From: a bacterium
GTDB lineage: Bacteria > SZUA-182 > DTGQ01 > JAFGSM01
DNA length: 64,000 bases
Direction of reading: 5' to 3'
Assembly: GCA_049472355.1 (NCBI GenBank)
Contig: JBLIRP010000002.1
Coordinates: forward strand, 1,118 to 65,117
The position numbers and the translations under genes were made by a program. How positions within the stretch are numbered: the first letter of the stretch is position 1; every line of letters begins with the position of its first letter. Under the pieces are notes generated by a model, which was not told where the DNA came from, did no database searches, and saw only the letters and a list, made by a program, of their open reading frames with translations. Shown here one piece after another: positions 1 to 10,646 of the stretch.

Positions 1-59
1 ATTTTATTGCTGAATATCTCGTGAGACATTGAGCAGCCAAAATTCATTTACGTTACACG

Positions 60-2315
60 GTGAAATGGTTTTTAATGGAATCCTCCGGTAGTCACCCTGG
101 ATCACACGGCAATCAGGTATCCCTTCCCTTCAGGGAACTTCTCAACGAGCCTCAGTGGGAGGCGGTCTCACATGAAAAGGGACCCCTGCTTATCCTTGCG
201 GGCGCAGGCTCGGGAAAGACGAGGGTCATCACCTACCGGATATGTTATCTGATCAATGAGTGCAATGTGCCTCCCCGGAAGATCCTGGCCGTCACCTTCA
301 CCAATAAGGCGGCAAAGGAGATGAAGGGCAGGGTGGAGGAGCTGATCGGCAATGATGCCAAGGGGATGTGGATCAGCACCTTCCATGCGACCTGCGTCCG
401 GATACTGAGACAGGACATACACCATTTGAATCTGCCGAACGGTTTTGCCATCTTTGATGAAGACGACCAGTTGAGGCTCCTGAAACGGTGTATGGCCGAG
501 TCACGCATTGACGCCAAGGGCATGGAGCCCAGGAATATTCTTGCGGCGATAAGCCGGGCCAAGAACGATCTCGTGTCGGCGGAGGATTTTCGAAAAAGGG
601 CCTTTACCAGCTTCGATAAACGGATTGCCGAGCTCTATCCGCTGTATGAGAGTGCGCTTCGCACAAACAATGCCCTTGATTTCGACGATCTTCTCCTCAT
701 GACGGTGCGGCTCTTTCAAAAACACCCCGATGTTCTGGCACGATACCAGGCACGATGGTCGCATATCCTGGTGGACGAATACCAGGACACCAATCTGGTG
801 CAATCCGCGCTCCTGGACCTGCTCGCGGCCATCCATCAGAACCTCTGCGTGGTGGGTGACGATGATCAGTCGATATACCGGTGGCGTGGCGCACAGGTGG
901 AAAATATCCTCCATTTCGAAAAGCGGTATCACCAAGCCCGTGTTATACGACTGGAGCAGAATTACCGCTCCACAAAGATGATTCTCACCGCTGCCGACGC
1001 GGTGATCGCACGAAACCGCAGCCGGAAGCCCAAAAAACTGTGGACCGCCAACGAGGCGGGCGAGCCCATCACGCTCTACAAGGCGGGCAACGAGCATGAC
1101 GAGGCATCATTCGTTTGCAATGCGATCCGGCAGATGGGTACGACCGGATTCACGGACTTAAAGAATTTCGGGATCCTCTATCGGGTGAATGCACAGTCTC
1201 GCGTATTGGAAGAGGCGCTCCGCAGGCAGGGTATTCCCTACCGCATTGCCGGCGGGATACGGTTCTATGACCGCAAGGAGGTAAAGGATTGCATCGCCTA
1301 CCTCAAGCTGATCAATAATCCGGGCGACGACGTAAGTCTTGCCAGGATCGTCAATGCCCCTCCCAGGGGAATCGGCAAGGGGACCCTGGAAAAGGTGGCG
1401 AAGGTGGGGACACAAAAGGGGATCCCCATTCTGGAGGCCATGCGCGAGGCCGTTGCCGATGAGCTGTTCCCCTCCCACCTCCAGGAAAGGCTGGAGGATT
1501 TTTATCTCTTTGTAAGGGATATGCACGAACGGGCCTCACGGATCCCGGCGAGCGAATTGCTGGGCCTTGTCCTGGAAGAAACCAGGTATATTCCATACCT
1601 GGAAAAGGAGCAGACCGAAGAGGCGATGGCGCGGGTCGAGAATGTCAAGGAGCTTTTGTCCGCGACCGGTGAATTCGCTGCGGCATCGGGTGACACCACC
1701 CTTGCGGCCTTCCTGGATCATGTGGCCCTGCTGTCCGATGTCGATACCCTCAAAAGCGACACCTCGGCGGTGACGCTGATGACCCTCCACAGCGCAAAGG
1801 GGCTTGAATTTCCGGTCGTTTTCATGACCGGAATGGAACAGGGCGTATTCCCCCATTCCCGGTCATTGGAGAGCGAAGAGGAAATGGAGGAGGAACGGAG
1901 GCTCTGCTACGTGGGCATGACCCGGGCGAAAAAGAGGCTCTTTCTGACCCATGCCTATGAGCGAAGCAGCTTCGGCCATCCCCAGCGAAACGCCCCTTCC
2001 ATATTTTTGCGGGATATCCCTTCCGAATGTTCCCGTCTCGGTGAGATCGCCTCCGCCCCGACAAGACCGCGTGTACAAAAAAAGCCCATGGAAACCGTAA
2101 ATAGGGCGCCGAAACCGGATGCAGCATCGATCACGTCTCCAATACATAATGCAGGGGAACTGGTGATCGGGGCAAAGGTCTTTCATGACCAGTGGGGGAC
2201 CGGAACGGTATTGAATATGGAGGGACGGGATGATAGCATAAAGGTGACCGTCGATTTCAGAGGCCATAAGAAAAAGCTCATGCTCAAATATGCCCGGTTG
2301 CGGATCCTTTCCTAA
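60..2315 (+). CDS. pcrA: ATP-dependent DNA helicase, UvrD/PcrA family (SF1A)
   Basis: 751-aa ORF. Walker A AGAGSGKT, VDEYQDTN, VGDDDQSIYRWRGA, QNYRST, TLHSAKGLEF, and a C-terminal Tudor-like tail (VFHDQWGTGTV). Start uncertain: GTG at 60 or in-frame ATG at 75. Confidence 0.92.
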   Translation: MKWFLMESSGSHPGSHGNQVSLPFRELLNEPQWEAVSHEKGPLLILAGAGSGKTRVITYRICYLINECNVPPRKILAVTFTNKAAKEMKGRVEELIGNDAKGMWISTFHATCVRILRQDIHHLNLPNGFAIFDEDDQLRLLKRCMAESRIDAKGMEPRNILAAISRAKNDLVSAEDFRKRAFTSFDKRIAELYPLYESALRTNNALDFDDLLLMTVRLFQKHPDVLARYQARWSHILVDEYQDTNLVQSALLDLLAAIHQNLCVVGDDDQSIYRWRGAQVENILHFEKRYHQARVIRLEQNYRSTKMILTAADAVIARNRSRKPKKLWTANEAGEPITLYKAGNEHDEASFVCNAIRQMGTTGFTDLKNFGILYRVNAQSRVLEEALRRQGIPYRIAGGIRFYDRKEVKDCIAYLKLINNPGDDVSLARIVNAPPRGIGKGTLEKVAKVGTQKGIPILEAMREAVADELFPSHLQERLEDFYLFVRDMHERASRIPASELLGLVLEETRYIPYLEKEQTEEAMARVENVKELLSATGEFAAASGDTTLAAFLDHVALLSDVDTLKSDTSAVTLMTLHSAKGLEFPVVFMTGMEQGVFPHSRSLESEEEMEEERRLCYVGMTRAKKRLFLTHAYERSSFGHPQRNAPSIFLRDIPSECSRLGEIASAPTRPRVQKKPMETVNRAPKPDAASITSPIHNAGELVIGAKVFHDQWGTGTVLNMEGRDDSIKVTVDFRGHKKKLMLKYARLRILS

Positions 2316-2400
2316 GAAGGAGTTCAAGGCGCCATGCCGTGAAGGGAGTCAACCAGTGGCAGGCAATCTTTAGGGAGTGCATCCTTCATAAGGGATACCA

Positions 2401-2706
2401 GTGAAAGATTCAGGGAAGATAACCGGAAAACAGGTTGAATATGTGGCCGACCTCGCCTACCTCGATCTTTCAGAGGAGGAAAAGGAGCTGTTCACCCACC
2501 AGTTGGACAGCATACTGGCCTATATGGACAAACTCAACCAGTTGGATACCACCGGCATAGAGCCCACCTCGCATGTCCTCCCCATGACCAACGTGTTTCG
2601 CGAGGACGAGGTGCAACCCTCGCTCCCGATGGAAAACGCCCTTGCCAATGCCCCGGACCGCAAGGATGGCTTTTTCAGGGTCCCGCGGGTGATCGAGGAG
2701 AGCTGA
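2401..2706 (+). CDS. gatC: Asp/Glu-tRNA amidotransferase subunit C
   Basis: 101-aa ORF with a GTG start. GatC-like LAYLDLSEEEKELFTHQLDSILAYMDKLNQLDT...EPTSHVLP...FREDEV. Confidence 0.88.
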   Translation: MKDSGKITGKQVEYVADLAYLDLSEEEKELFTHQLDSILAYMDKLNQLDTTGIEPTSHVLPMTNVFREDEVQPSLPMENALANAPDRKDGFFRVPRVIEES

Positions 2707-2749
2707 TGAATCGATTGCCGAAGGGCTCATTCGTTGGGGAGGCACAGGC

Positions 2750-4177
2750 ATGCTGATGGAAAAAAACAATGCACGAAAAGAGACCAAGGAGATCAAGGAG
2801 CGGTTGTTCCGTCCTGCAAAGGTGGTCTGGGACCATCTGGAACAGGGGGAAAAAAACCAGATAATGGACTTTGCCGAGGACTACAAACGGTTCCTGGACA
2901 ACAGCAAGACCGAACGGGAGGCGGTGAGGGAAATCGTGGCCTTTGCCCGGGCAAAGGGATTCGGGACGATTTCGGATGGTCCTTCCCAAAGCCGTTTGTA
3001 TGCGGTGCACCGCAACAAGGTGGCCGCGCTTGCCGTGCTCGGCAAGCAACCTATCGAGAAGGGCCTGCGCATCATCATCGCGCATGTCGACTCCCCGCGC
3101 CTGGACCTCAAACAGAGTCCCCTGTACGAGGATGTGAACCTTGCCCTCATGAAGACCCATTATTACGGGGGAATCAAGAAGTATCAATGGGTGAATCGTC
3201 CCCTCGCCCTGCACGGCACGATCATAAAATCCGACGGCTCCTCGCTGGAGTTGAGGATAGGGGAGGACGAAGGGGATCCTGTGTTCGCGGTCTCCGACCT
3301 CCTTGTCCATCTCTGGAGAAAGGCGCAGGCCACCAAAAAGGCGGAGGAGGCGGTGGAGGGTGAGAACCTTAATGTGATTGCGGGCTCCATCCCCTACGAA
3401 GCCGACAAGGAGACGGATCAGCGGTTTAAGCTGGGGCTCCTGGCCATGCTCTCGCAGAAGCACGGCATTGTCGAGGAGGACTTCACCAGTGCGGAATTCG
3501 AGGTGGTGCCCGCGGAAAGGGCGCGTGACCTGGGGTGGGACCGCAGCATGATCGCCGGCTACGGCCACGACGACCGGGCATGCGTCTACGCTGCGCTCCG
3601 GGCGATAGGCGAGATGGAGTCATCGGAGCGTCCCCTCCTCGTCCTGTTCATGGACAAGGAGGAAACAGGGAGCGACGGCAATACCGGCTCGCATTCACGA
3701 TTCATCGAATACGTGGTGGGGGATATCGCACTGGCCCAGGGAGGGATCGAGGAGGGCGCCCTTCGCCGCGCACTGGCCCATTCGGAATGTATATCCGCTG
3801 ATGTCAATGCAGCCATCGACCCGGAATGGCAGAACCTGTTCGATAAGCGAAACGCCGCCAGGATGGGGGGAGGCGTCTGCGTAACAAAATATTCGGGGTC
3901 CGGCGGCAAGTACGGAACGAGTGACGCCCACGCCGAATTTGTGGGAAAGATCCGAAGTATATTGAACGAAAAAAGGGTGGTATGGCAGACCGGCGAGATC
4001 GGCAAGGTGGATGAAGGGGGAGGCGGCACCGTGGCGAAGTTCATGGCATGGTACGGCATGGACGTGATCGATGCCGGGGTGCCGGTGCTGGGTATGCATT
4101 CCCCTTACGAAATCGTCAGCAAGGCCGATCTGTACATGACCTACAAGGCGTACAAGGCGTTTCTGGGCAATGCTTAA
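2750..4177 (+). CDS. M18-family (aminopeptidase I-like) zinc aminopeptidase
   Basis: 475-aa ORF with IIAHVDSPRLDLK, THYYGGIKKYQW, GYGHDDR, DKEETGSDG, GGGGT and GMHSPYE, which resemble M18 aminopeptidases. Confidence 0.8.
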   Translation: MLMEKNNARKETKEIKERLFRPAKVVWDHLEQGEKNQIMDFAEDYKRFLDNSKTEREAVREIVAFARAKGFGTISDGPSQSRLYAVHRNKVAALAVLGKQPIEKGLRIIIAHVDSPRLDLKQSPLYEDVNLALMKTHYYGGIKKYQWVNRPLALHGTIIKSDGSSLELRIGEDEGDPVFAVSDLLVHLWRKAQATKKAEEAVEGENLNVIAGSIPYEADKETDQRFKLGLLAMLSQKHGIVEEDFTSAEFEVVPAERARDLGWDRSMIAGYGHDDRACVYAALRAIGEMESSERPLLVLFMDKEETGSDGNTGSHSRFIEYVVGDIALAQGGIEEGALRRALAHSECISADVNAAIDPEWQNLFDKRNAARMGGGVCVTKYSGSGGKYGTSDAHAEFVGKIRSILNEKRVVWQTGEIGKVDEGGGGTVAKFMAWYGMDVIDAGVPVLGMHSPYEIVSKADLYMTYKAYKAFLGNA

Positions 4178-4179
4178 GG

Positions 4180-4968
4180 TTATGGAGCTGTATCCCTGAG
4201 GATATCGATCATGGCCTCATGCAGCAGGCCATTGCTGGACAGGAGATCGTCCTTGAATGGATCAAACGACCCGCCATCATAGGTGGTAATCCTCCCTCCC
4301 GCCTCTTCGATAATGATGCTCCCTGCCGCGGTGTCCCAGGGTTTGAGCCCATACTCCCAGAAGCCGTCATAGCGTCCGGCTGCAACATAGCACAGATCCA
4401 ATGACGCGGACCCGTCCATCCTGGTTGCCTGCACCTCGACCGCCATCCTTGTGAATTGAGAAAACTGCGTATCGCTGTTTCCCCTGCCCTTGGTCATCCG
4501 GCCTGTGGCAACCAATGCGCGCTCAAGCGTTGCAGTATCAGAAACATGAATGGATTTCCCGTTTAACTGCGCCCCTCCCCCTGTTACCGCGGTGAACAGC
4601 TCGTCCAGGATCGGATCGTATACCACGCCCAGGACCACCGATCCCTCAGCCTCCAGGCCTATGGACACGCAAAAGCACGGGTAGGCATGCGTATAGTTGG
4701 TGGTGCCGTCGAGGGGGTCGATAATCCACCGAAACGGTGAAGATAACGCCAGGTTGCTGCCCTCCTCGGACATGATGCTGTGGTCGGGATATGCGCGGTG
4801 TATGCGCGTGAATACGGCCTGTTCGCATTCACGGTCGATGTCGGTCACCAGATCCTTGGGGCCCTTGTAGGCGATCCCTATATGCCTGCCGAATCCCCTT
4901 TTCTGGATTTCACCTGCGTGGCGAGCGGCATCGACGGCAAGTGCGAGCCATGCCCGGGTATCGGCCAT
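4180..4968 (-). CDS. suhB: inositol monophosphatase family protein
   Basis: 262-aa ORF with IMPase signatures IDPLDGTTNY and WDTAAG. Its start abuts the thrC stop. Confidence 0.88.
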   Translation of the reverse strand: MADTRAWLALAVDAARHAGEIQKRGFGRHIGIAYKGPKDLVTDIDRECEQAVFTRIHRAYPDHSIMSEEGSNLALSSPFRWIIDPLDGTTNYTHAYPCFCVSIGLEAEGSVVLGVVYDPILDELFTAVTGGGAQLNGKSIHVSDTATLERALVATGRMTKGRGNSDTQFSQFTRMAVEVQATRMDGSASLDLCYVAAGRYDGFWEYGLKPWDTAAGSIIIEEAGGRITTYDGGSFDPFKDDLLSSNGLLHEAMIDILRDTAP

Positions 4969-6378
4969 CTATGGTCTTTCCTTGAGTGAAAGAAATGCAG
5001 CGATCTCCCGGGCCGATGCAGGCAGAAGTGTGGGAGCGTTTTTCATACGGGGCGCAGGAGCGATCTCATACGCCTCGGGATAGGAATCCTCGAAATACTT
5101 GGTTTGAAAATCGGCAAACTTGAGCTGATGGGATGTCGAATCCACCACCACGGTATCCCCTTTTGTCACCATCCCCGCCTCATGTGCACGTTTTAACGCC
5201 GCCACCGTCTCACCACCCTGGGTGCATACGATATGCCCATGCCGGTTGGTGCGGAGCATCCACTCGATGATCTCCTGTTCGGTCACCTGCACCACGCCGA
5301 ACCTGTCCGTGAAGTGTTCGGTAACGAGCTTATTGACCTTGGGAAAGGAGACGGGGTCCCCGATCATGGCGGCCTGGGCAACGCTCGGTTTGACCTTGAC
5401 CGGTGTGTACGTCCCTTCCTTGAACCACCGGTAGACCGGATCCGCGTGCACGCTCTGCACCCCGATCACCCGTGGAAGATTCCCGATGATCCCGAGGTGG
5501 TGGAGGTCGAGGAATCCCTCCATGATGGCGGTGATATTCCCCGCATTGCCTATGGGAACGATCACCACGAGGTTCTCGCTTGTATAGTCGAATTGCTGGG
5601 CCACCTCGTAGGAATAGGATTTCTGGCCGTTAATACGCACGGGATTCTTTGAATTGAGCAACACGACCTGGTAACGCTCGGCAAGCTCCTCCACAATCTT
5701 CATGCAGTCGTCGAATACCCCGGGTATCTCGATGACGGTTGCACCGCTGCCGAGCGGCTGGGAGAGCTGCTGGGGGGTGACCTTCCCCTGGGGAAGCAGC
5801 ACGACCGATTTGACCTTGCGGTGGTCCAGGTATGCAAGATACAGGGCTGCCGCAGCAGAGGTGTCGCCGGTGGAGGCGCAGATACCCAGTACCTGGTCGA
5901 GCCCCTTTCGTTTCACGAAGTGGTTGATGTAGCTGATGGCGCTCGCCATCCCCCGATCCTTGAAGCTGGCGGAGGGATTGAGTCCGTCGTACTTGATGTA
6001 GAAATCCATTCCCACCATGGAGCTCAGCTCCTCGTTCGCCCTTACTATTGGCGTGTGCCCCTCCCCCAGATACACCACGTCCTCCAGGGGGACAATCGGG
6101 AGGATCAGCTCGTGGAAGAGGAAGATGCCCTTTAACGGGGCGATGTTGAGCAAACGCCGCCGGTCGAAGATATCCCGCCAGCGCTCGCCAGGGAACTGCT
6201 TCAAGCGGTCGAAGTTGAGGTCCCTCAGCCTGAGGAGGCTTTTGCACGACGGGCAGGTATAGAGGAACTGATCCAGCGGATAGCGCCGGTCGCAGCCGAT
6301 GCACTCATAGATCATGTCCGGTTCATGACGGGGAATGAGGTCCCTCTGCCATTGCGAAAGACTGTCTTCAATGCTCAT
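4969..6378 (-). CDS. thrC: threonine synthase
   Basis: 469-aa ORF. PLP-lysine motif SFKDRGMA, an N-terminal CxxC...CxxC zinc ribbon (CIGCD...CPSC), and STGDTSAAAA. Confidence 0.9.
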   Translation of the reverse strand: MSIEDSLSQWQRDLIPRHEPDMIYECIGCDRRYPLDQFLYTCPSCKSLLRLRDLNFDRLKQFPGERWRDIFDRRRLLNIAPLKGIFLFHELILPIVPLEDVVYLGEGHTPIVRANEELSSMVGMDFYIKYDGLNPSASFKDRGMASAISYINHFVKRKGLDQVLGICASTGDTSAAAALYLAYLDHRKVKSVVLLPQGKVTPQQLSQPLGSGATVIEIPGVFDDCMKIVEELAERYQVVLLNSKNPVRINGQKSYSYEVAQQFDYTSENLVVIVPIGNAGNITAIMEGFLDLHHLGIIGNLPRVIGVQSVHADPVYRWFKEGTYTPVKVKPSVAQAAMIGDPVSFPKVNKLVTEHFTDRFGVVQVTEQEIIEWMLRTNRHGHIVCTQGGETVAALKRAHEAGMVTKGDTVVVDSTSHQLKFADFQTKYFEDSYPEAYEIAPAPRMKNAPTLLPASAREIAAFLSLKERP

Positions 6379-6737
6379 GGGTGATTCTCCAGAGGTTGGC
6401 GTAATTGCTCAAAATCTTAGGGAAAGAGGGGTATGTCCACTCCTCATTATCATTCCCTGCCCGCGGTTTCTCCGTATGTTCATTACACTTCATGACCTCA
6501 AACCTCGGTTTACTCTGGATACGGATGAATGCCGGGGCTTGCGGCCATCGTAGGTATTATTGCATACCGATTGTCGCTTTTTCAACACTGCCGACAGGTA
6601 GGCAGCAATTTCAATTGTGCCGTTGCATCATGGTGGGCGAATATGGTGTTTAGGGAACGATAGTATGTCTGCTCACTGAGCCGGCCTGACGATTCAAAAT
6701 GAAGGCCTTTAATGAGGAATGCACCCCGATTCCCTGT

Positions 6738-6766
6738 TTGACACTGCCGGAAAATGTGAGTATTCT
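6738..6766 (+). promoter_or_regulatory. candidate sigma70 promoter upstream of purH
   Basis: TTGACA (6738-6743), 17-nt spacer, TATTCT (6761-6766). A perfect TATAAT at 6766-6771 would need a 22-nt spacer. Implies a 5' UTR of about 160 nt. Confidence 0.35.
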
Positions 6767-6929
6767 ATAATCGCATAATGCATAATCATCATCTCACAGT
6801 TGCAAACCATTAACCGTAGGGAGGCCTTACAGGAGTGTTGCACTGATGCACCGCCTGCAGGGGCGGGCGTCAGTACCCTGGTCGGGGCCGGATCCTTTCC
6901 ACCATGTATGATCAAAGGAGTATGAAACC

Positions 6930-8495
6930 ATGAGACATGCCTTAATGAGTGTTTCTGATAAATTGGGTATTGTTGAATTCGCCAAGGGCCTTAAACGACA
7001 CGGTTTTGAAATCCTTTCCACCGGCGGTACATCAAGGATACTCACGGAAAAGGGTATTCCGGTCCGCGAGGTCTCCGATTTTACCGGTCATCCGGAAATG
7101 CTTGAGGGCAGGGTCAAGACGCTTCACCCCAAGATCCATGCAGGGCTTCTGGCCCGCCGGGATAAACCCGAGCATATGGATCAGCTCAAGGCGCAGGACT
7201 ATCCCCCCATCGATCTCGTGGTGGTCAATCTCTATCCCTTTGAGCAAAAGATTTCCCAGCCCAGCACAACCTTCGAGGAGGCTGTGGAAAACATCGATAT
7301 AGGCGGACCCACCATGCTCCGATCCGCTGCCAAGAACTTCACCGATGTAGTGGTCATCGTCTCTCCTGAGGATTATCCGAGCATCCTGGAAGAGATGGAT
7401 GCCAATGCAGGGAAAATAGGCATCCAGACCCGATACCGCCTCATGCAAAAGGTCTTTCAGCACACCGCCCGGTACGACCAGATGATCAGCCGCTACCTGG
7501 ATCGCGTCACCATGACCCAAAAAGGCGCCTGCATCGAGGAGGAGCCCGCATTCCCAAAGGTGCTCATGATGGAATGCGAAAAGGCGCAGGACCTGCGCTA
7601 TGGCGAGAATTCGCACCAGCGGGCCGCCTTCTATCGCGAGCACACCGGGGAACCATGTGTGGGAAACGCCCGGCAACTGCAGGGAAAGGAGTTGTCCTAT
7701 AACAACCTGATCGATCTTGAGGCGGCATTGGAGCTGGTAAAGGAGTTCGACGAACCCGCCTCGGTGATCATCAAGCACACCAATCCTTGCGGCGTTGCCA
7801 CCGCAAGTGCCCTGGCGGAGGCGTATGAACGCGCCCATGAAACGGACCCGGTCTCCGCCTTCGGCAGTGTTCTGTCATTCAACCGAAAGGTGGATGCCGC
7901 GACGGCCCAGAAGATAGTCGGCACCTTCGTGGAGGCGGTGATCGCACCCGGCTTTGAGCAGGGTGCGCTCGGCATCCTTGAGAAAAAACCCTCCATCAGG
8001 CTTATGGAGGTCAGTCCATGGACGGAGAGGCCGGTCCACGGATGGACGTTCAAGAAGCTCGTGGGCGGGCTCCTCATACAGGACCGCGACCTCATCGATC
8101 TGGTCCGGGAAAAACTGAAGGTGGTCACCAAACGTGCGCCGAGCGACAAGGAGATGAAGGCGCTGCTTTTTGCCTGGCGCGTGGCCAAGCATGTAAAGTC
8201 GAACGCCATCGTGTTCACCACCGAGAATCAGACAGCGGGCATCGGTGCCGGCCAGATGAGCAGGGTGGACTCCACGAAGCTGGCGATCATGAAGGCACGG
8301 CTTCCCTTGAAGGGCACGGTGGTCGGTTCGGATGCGTTCTTTCCCTTTCGGGACGGTGTGGACGTCGCTGCGGACACAGGCGCCACCGCGATCATCCAAC
8401 CGGGTGGCTCCATGAAGGATGACGAGGTTATCAAGGCTGCGGATGAACACGGGATGGCAATGGTATTTACCGGAATACGTCACTTCCTGCATTGA
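6930..8495 (+). CDS. purH: bifunctional AICAR transformylase / IMP cyclohydrolase
   Basis: 521-aa ORF. N-terminal MGS-like domain ([15 protein letters not shown]...STGGT), KHTNPCG, and a [13 protein letters not shown]-terminus. Confidence 0.95.
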   Translation: MRHALMSVSDKLGIVEFAKGLKRHGFEILSTGGTSRILTEKGIPVREVSDFTGHPEMLEGRVKTLHPKIHAGLLARRDKPEHMDQLKAQDYPPIDLVVVNLYPFEQKISQPSTTFEEAVENIDIGGPTMLRSAAKNFTDVVVIVSPEDYPSILEEMDANAGKIGIQTRYRLMQKVFQHTARYDQMISRYLDRVTMTQKGACIEEEPAFPKVLMMECEKAQDLRYGENSHQRAAFYREHTGEPCVGNARQLQGKELSYNNLIDLEAALELVKEFDEPASVIIKHTNPCGVATASALAEAYERAHETDPVSAFGSVLSFNRKVDAATAQKIVGTFVEAVIAPGFEQGALGILEKKPSIRLMEVSPWTERPVHGWTFKKLVGGLLIQDRDLIDLVREKLKVVTKRAPSDKEMKALLFAWRVAKHVKSNAIVFTTENQTAGIGAGQMSRVDSTKLAIMKARLPLKGTVVGSDAFFPFRDGVDVAADTGATAIIQPGGSMKDDEVIKAADEHGMAMVFTGIRHFLH

Positions 8496-8496
8496 C

Positions 8497-9627
8497 ATGA
8501 CGTGCACGCAGGATGCAGCACGATCTCCTTTCAGTGCGCCGGGGGGGATTGCCCCCAAATACAAGATCCTTCCCATCTTCCTTCCCCACCAGGGCTGTCC
8601 CCACCACTGCATCTTCTGTGATCAGGGGACAATCACCGGCAGCCCACCCAGGATCTCCATAGAAAGGATCAGCGCAGCTATCGCAGCATTTGCCTCATCC
8701 CCCCTTCCCTCCTCTGTTCACCCGATCCGGAAGGAGGTGGCCTTCTATGGCTCAAGCTTTACGGCCATACCCCGCCACATCCAGGAGGCCGTTCTCAAGC
8801 CGGCGCGACAGGCCCTCGATCATGGCGAGATCCACGGCATCCGCATATCGACAAGGCCCGATGCCTGTGATGCAGCCGCCCTGCGGTTATTGAAGAAATA
8901 CCATGTGGAAACGGTGGAAGTGGGGGTGCAGTCCCTCGACCCGGAGGTGCTCCGGCGCTCCGGACGGGGTCATAGCCCTGAAGAAAGTAGTGGCGCAGTA
9001 ACGATGCTCCGGGATGAGGGCTTCATTACCGGGGTACAGCTCATGCCCGGACTCCCGGGCGAAGACAGGACCTCCTTTGATGCCACTATGCGAATGGTGC
9101 TTTCATTAAAACCGCATGTTGTGCGGCTGTATCCCGCTCTCGTGCTGAAGGGCACCCCCCTGGAATCCCTCTATGAAAACGGTGCATACGTCCCCCTCAC
9201 CCTCGACCAGGCAGTGGAACTGTGCAGGGACGCGGTCATTGTGCTAAGAGGTTCGGGCATCAAGGTGATACGATGCGGTCTTCAGCCTACTGCCTCGCTG
9301 ATGAGGGAGGGAGCCGTACGTGCAGGCCCCTTTCACCCTGCCTTCGGGGAATTGGTGGAATCGGCGGCGGCATTCGAATGCCTCAATGGCGCGGTGAGGG
9401 ACCTCATTGCCTCAGGCGGGATCACGGAATCGCTATGGATTCAGTCCGCACCACGATGGTTTTCAATCCTGCGGGGACACCAGGGAAGAAACCTCAACCT
9501 GCTGCGGTCGCTCTATCCCCGGACCGCCTTTTTTTTCCTCCAGGATCCCGCCCTGCCCGATCATGTCATCAGGATACGGAGCAGCAGCGGGACAGGGATG
9601 GATATCACGCATCCGGCCACATGCTGA
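8497..9627 (+). CDS. radical SAM protein (ELP3-like radical SAM domain)
   Basis: CxxxCxxC cluster motif CPHHCIFC, then AFYGSSFTA and VEVGVQSLD. The ORF-track start at 8419 overlaps purH. The in-frame ATG at 8497, right after the purH stop, is preferred. Confidence 0.8.
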   Translation: MTCTQDAARSPFSAPGGIAPKYKILPIFLPHQGCPHHCIFCDQGTITGSPPRISIERISAAIAAFASSPLPSSVHPIRKEVAFYGSSFTAIPRHIQEAVLKPARQALDHGEIHGIRISTRPDACDAAALRLLKKYHVETVEVGVQSLDPEVLRRSGRGHSPEESSGAVTMLRDEGFITGVQLMPGLPGEDRTSFDATMRMVLSLKPHVVRLYPALVLKGTPLESLYENGAYVPLTLDQAVELCRDAVIVLRGSGIKVIRCGLQPTASLMREGAVRAGPFHPAFGELVESAAAFECLNGAVRDLIASGGITESLWIQSAPRWFSILRGHQGRNLNLLRSLYPRTAFFFLQDPALPDHVIRIRSSSGTGMDITHPATC

Positions 9628-9628
9628 A

Positions 9629-9684
9629 ACCTGCTGACAACCTGCTGACAATGACTTTACAAAACCGGTTTGAACAAGTATAAT
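9629..9684 (+). promoter_or_regulatory. perfect 11-nt tandem direct repeat followed by a sigma70-like promoter
   Basis: ACCTGCTGACA x2 (9629-9639, 9640-9650). TTTACA (9656-9661), 17-nt spacer, TATAAT (9679-9684). RBS AAAGGAGG lies just before the GTG at 9828. Confidence 0.5.
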
Positions 9685-9827
9685 ATGCAATTATCAAGGT
9701 TTGAGGAATCCTCGTTCTTTTAATATGTTACAATAGACTGTGACGGTTTTCTTACCAATCAATCATTATGTCAAGTTTTTAAACCATAACCTTTTATGTC
9801 CTGCATCCAGATAAAAGGAGGAACATT

Positions 9828-10646
9828 GTGGCGCGTACCAAAAAGTCCAGTTGGATAAAGAGAATCGTGATCCTGATCGTTGTATTGGTTGTGGTCGCCG
9901 GCGTGGCGGTTGCCGGCATCGAGTTTACCTGTACACCCTGGTTCTGCAATCGCTGTCACGAGATGAACGAATACTTCGATACATGGACCCTGTGCAATCA
10001 TGGCCCCGGAAAGGGCAGAAATATGAAAAATTGCATGAAATGCCATGTCAAGCCGGGTTTTCTGAACTTTCTGAAGGCAAAGGCGAACGGGGTCTTCTCT
10101 CTTCTCTTTCATATGGCGGGATACCATCACGTGGAGGCCACCTTGCCGGTGATATGCCTCAGGGAGGGATGCCACACCATGGAACAGCTCGAAGAGCTGG
10201 ACCGGGTAAGCGATCCTGCGGAAACCGTGCGCCTGAATCACAAGATGCACATAGAGTTGAACGAGACCATCGGAACCCGTTACAAATGCATGCCCTGTCA
10301 CAAAAACGTGGCCCATGGCAGGCAGCAGCAATTCATGCCCGAAATGAAGGATACCTGCTTCATCTGCCATTCCGATTCGGACATCCGCTATAAAAACTGC
10401 GATTCATGCCACCCCGAACACCCGAGGATCGCCGGAGATGTGGAGAACATCTACGAGGTGCACGAGGAGTATGGGGTGAGTTGCGAGGACTGCCATATCG
10501 ACGCGCATAAGGCCAACAAGATCTCCTGCCTCAATTGCCATGATGAATCATACGCCGATATGATCGAATTCAAGGTGATGGGAGCGGATGAGGAGGCTGC
10601 ACAGAAGCTGCAGCAAAAAGAACAGCAACAACCGCATCAGCAATAG
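9828..10646 (+). CDS. membrane-anchored multihaem cytochrome c with NapC/NirT/NrfH-like N-terminus
   Basis: N-terminal TM helix. Seven CxxCH motifs (CNRCH, CMKCH, CMPCH, CFICH, CDSCH, CEDCH, CLNCH) plus one Cx4CH (CLREGCH). Gln-rich tail. Confidence 0.85.
   Translation: MARTKKSSWIKRIVILIVVLVVVAGVAVAGIEFTCTPWFCNRCHEMNEYFDTWTLCNHGPGKGRNMKNCMKCHVKPGFLNFLKAKANGVFSLLFHMAGYHHVEATLPVICLREGCHTMEQLEELDRVSDPAETVRLNHKMHIELNETIGTRYKCMPCHKNVAHGRQQQFMPEMKDTCFICHSDSDIRYKNCDSCHPEHPRIAGDVENIYEVHEEYGVSCEDCHIDAHKANKISCLNCHDESYADMIEFKVMGADEEAAQKLQQKEQQQPHQQ

Noticed and set aside
2675-3568. Long antisense or alternative-frame ORFs throughout the GC-rich half (for example 2675-3568 -, 7032-7838 -, 7875-8612 -, 10668-11450 +, 11550-12755 +, 17732-18604 +, 22944-23894 +, 28622-29449 +, 30110-31291 +, 35699-36268 -).
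   Set aside because: They overlap strongly supported genes on the other strand or frame and are Arg/Pro/Gly-rich with no motifs. This is the expected behaviour of stop-poor frames in GC-rich DNA.
6772-6929. Possible ZTP (pfl) riboswitch in the ~160-nt purH leader (CACCGCCTGCAGGGGCGGGCG resembles the CCGCCUGGGC 3' element).
   Set aside because: The 5' sub-domain (GGGUCG...ACUGGCG) is not recognisable and the 3' element has an insertion. A cmscan with RF01750 would settle it, but by eye the consensus is not met.
8419-8496. The upstream extension of the radical SAM ORF overlaps the purH 3' end by 77 nt.
   Set aside because: The in-frame ATG at 8497, immediately after the purH stop, gives a normal N-terminus before the CxxxCxxC motif. 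The extension is probably not translated.
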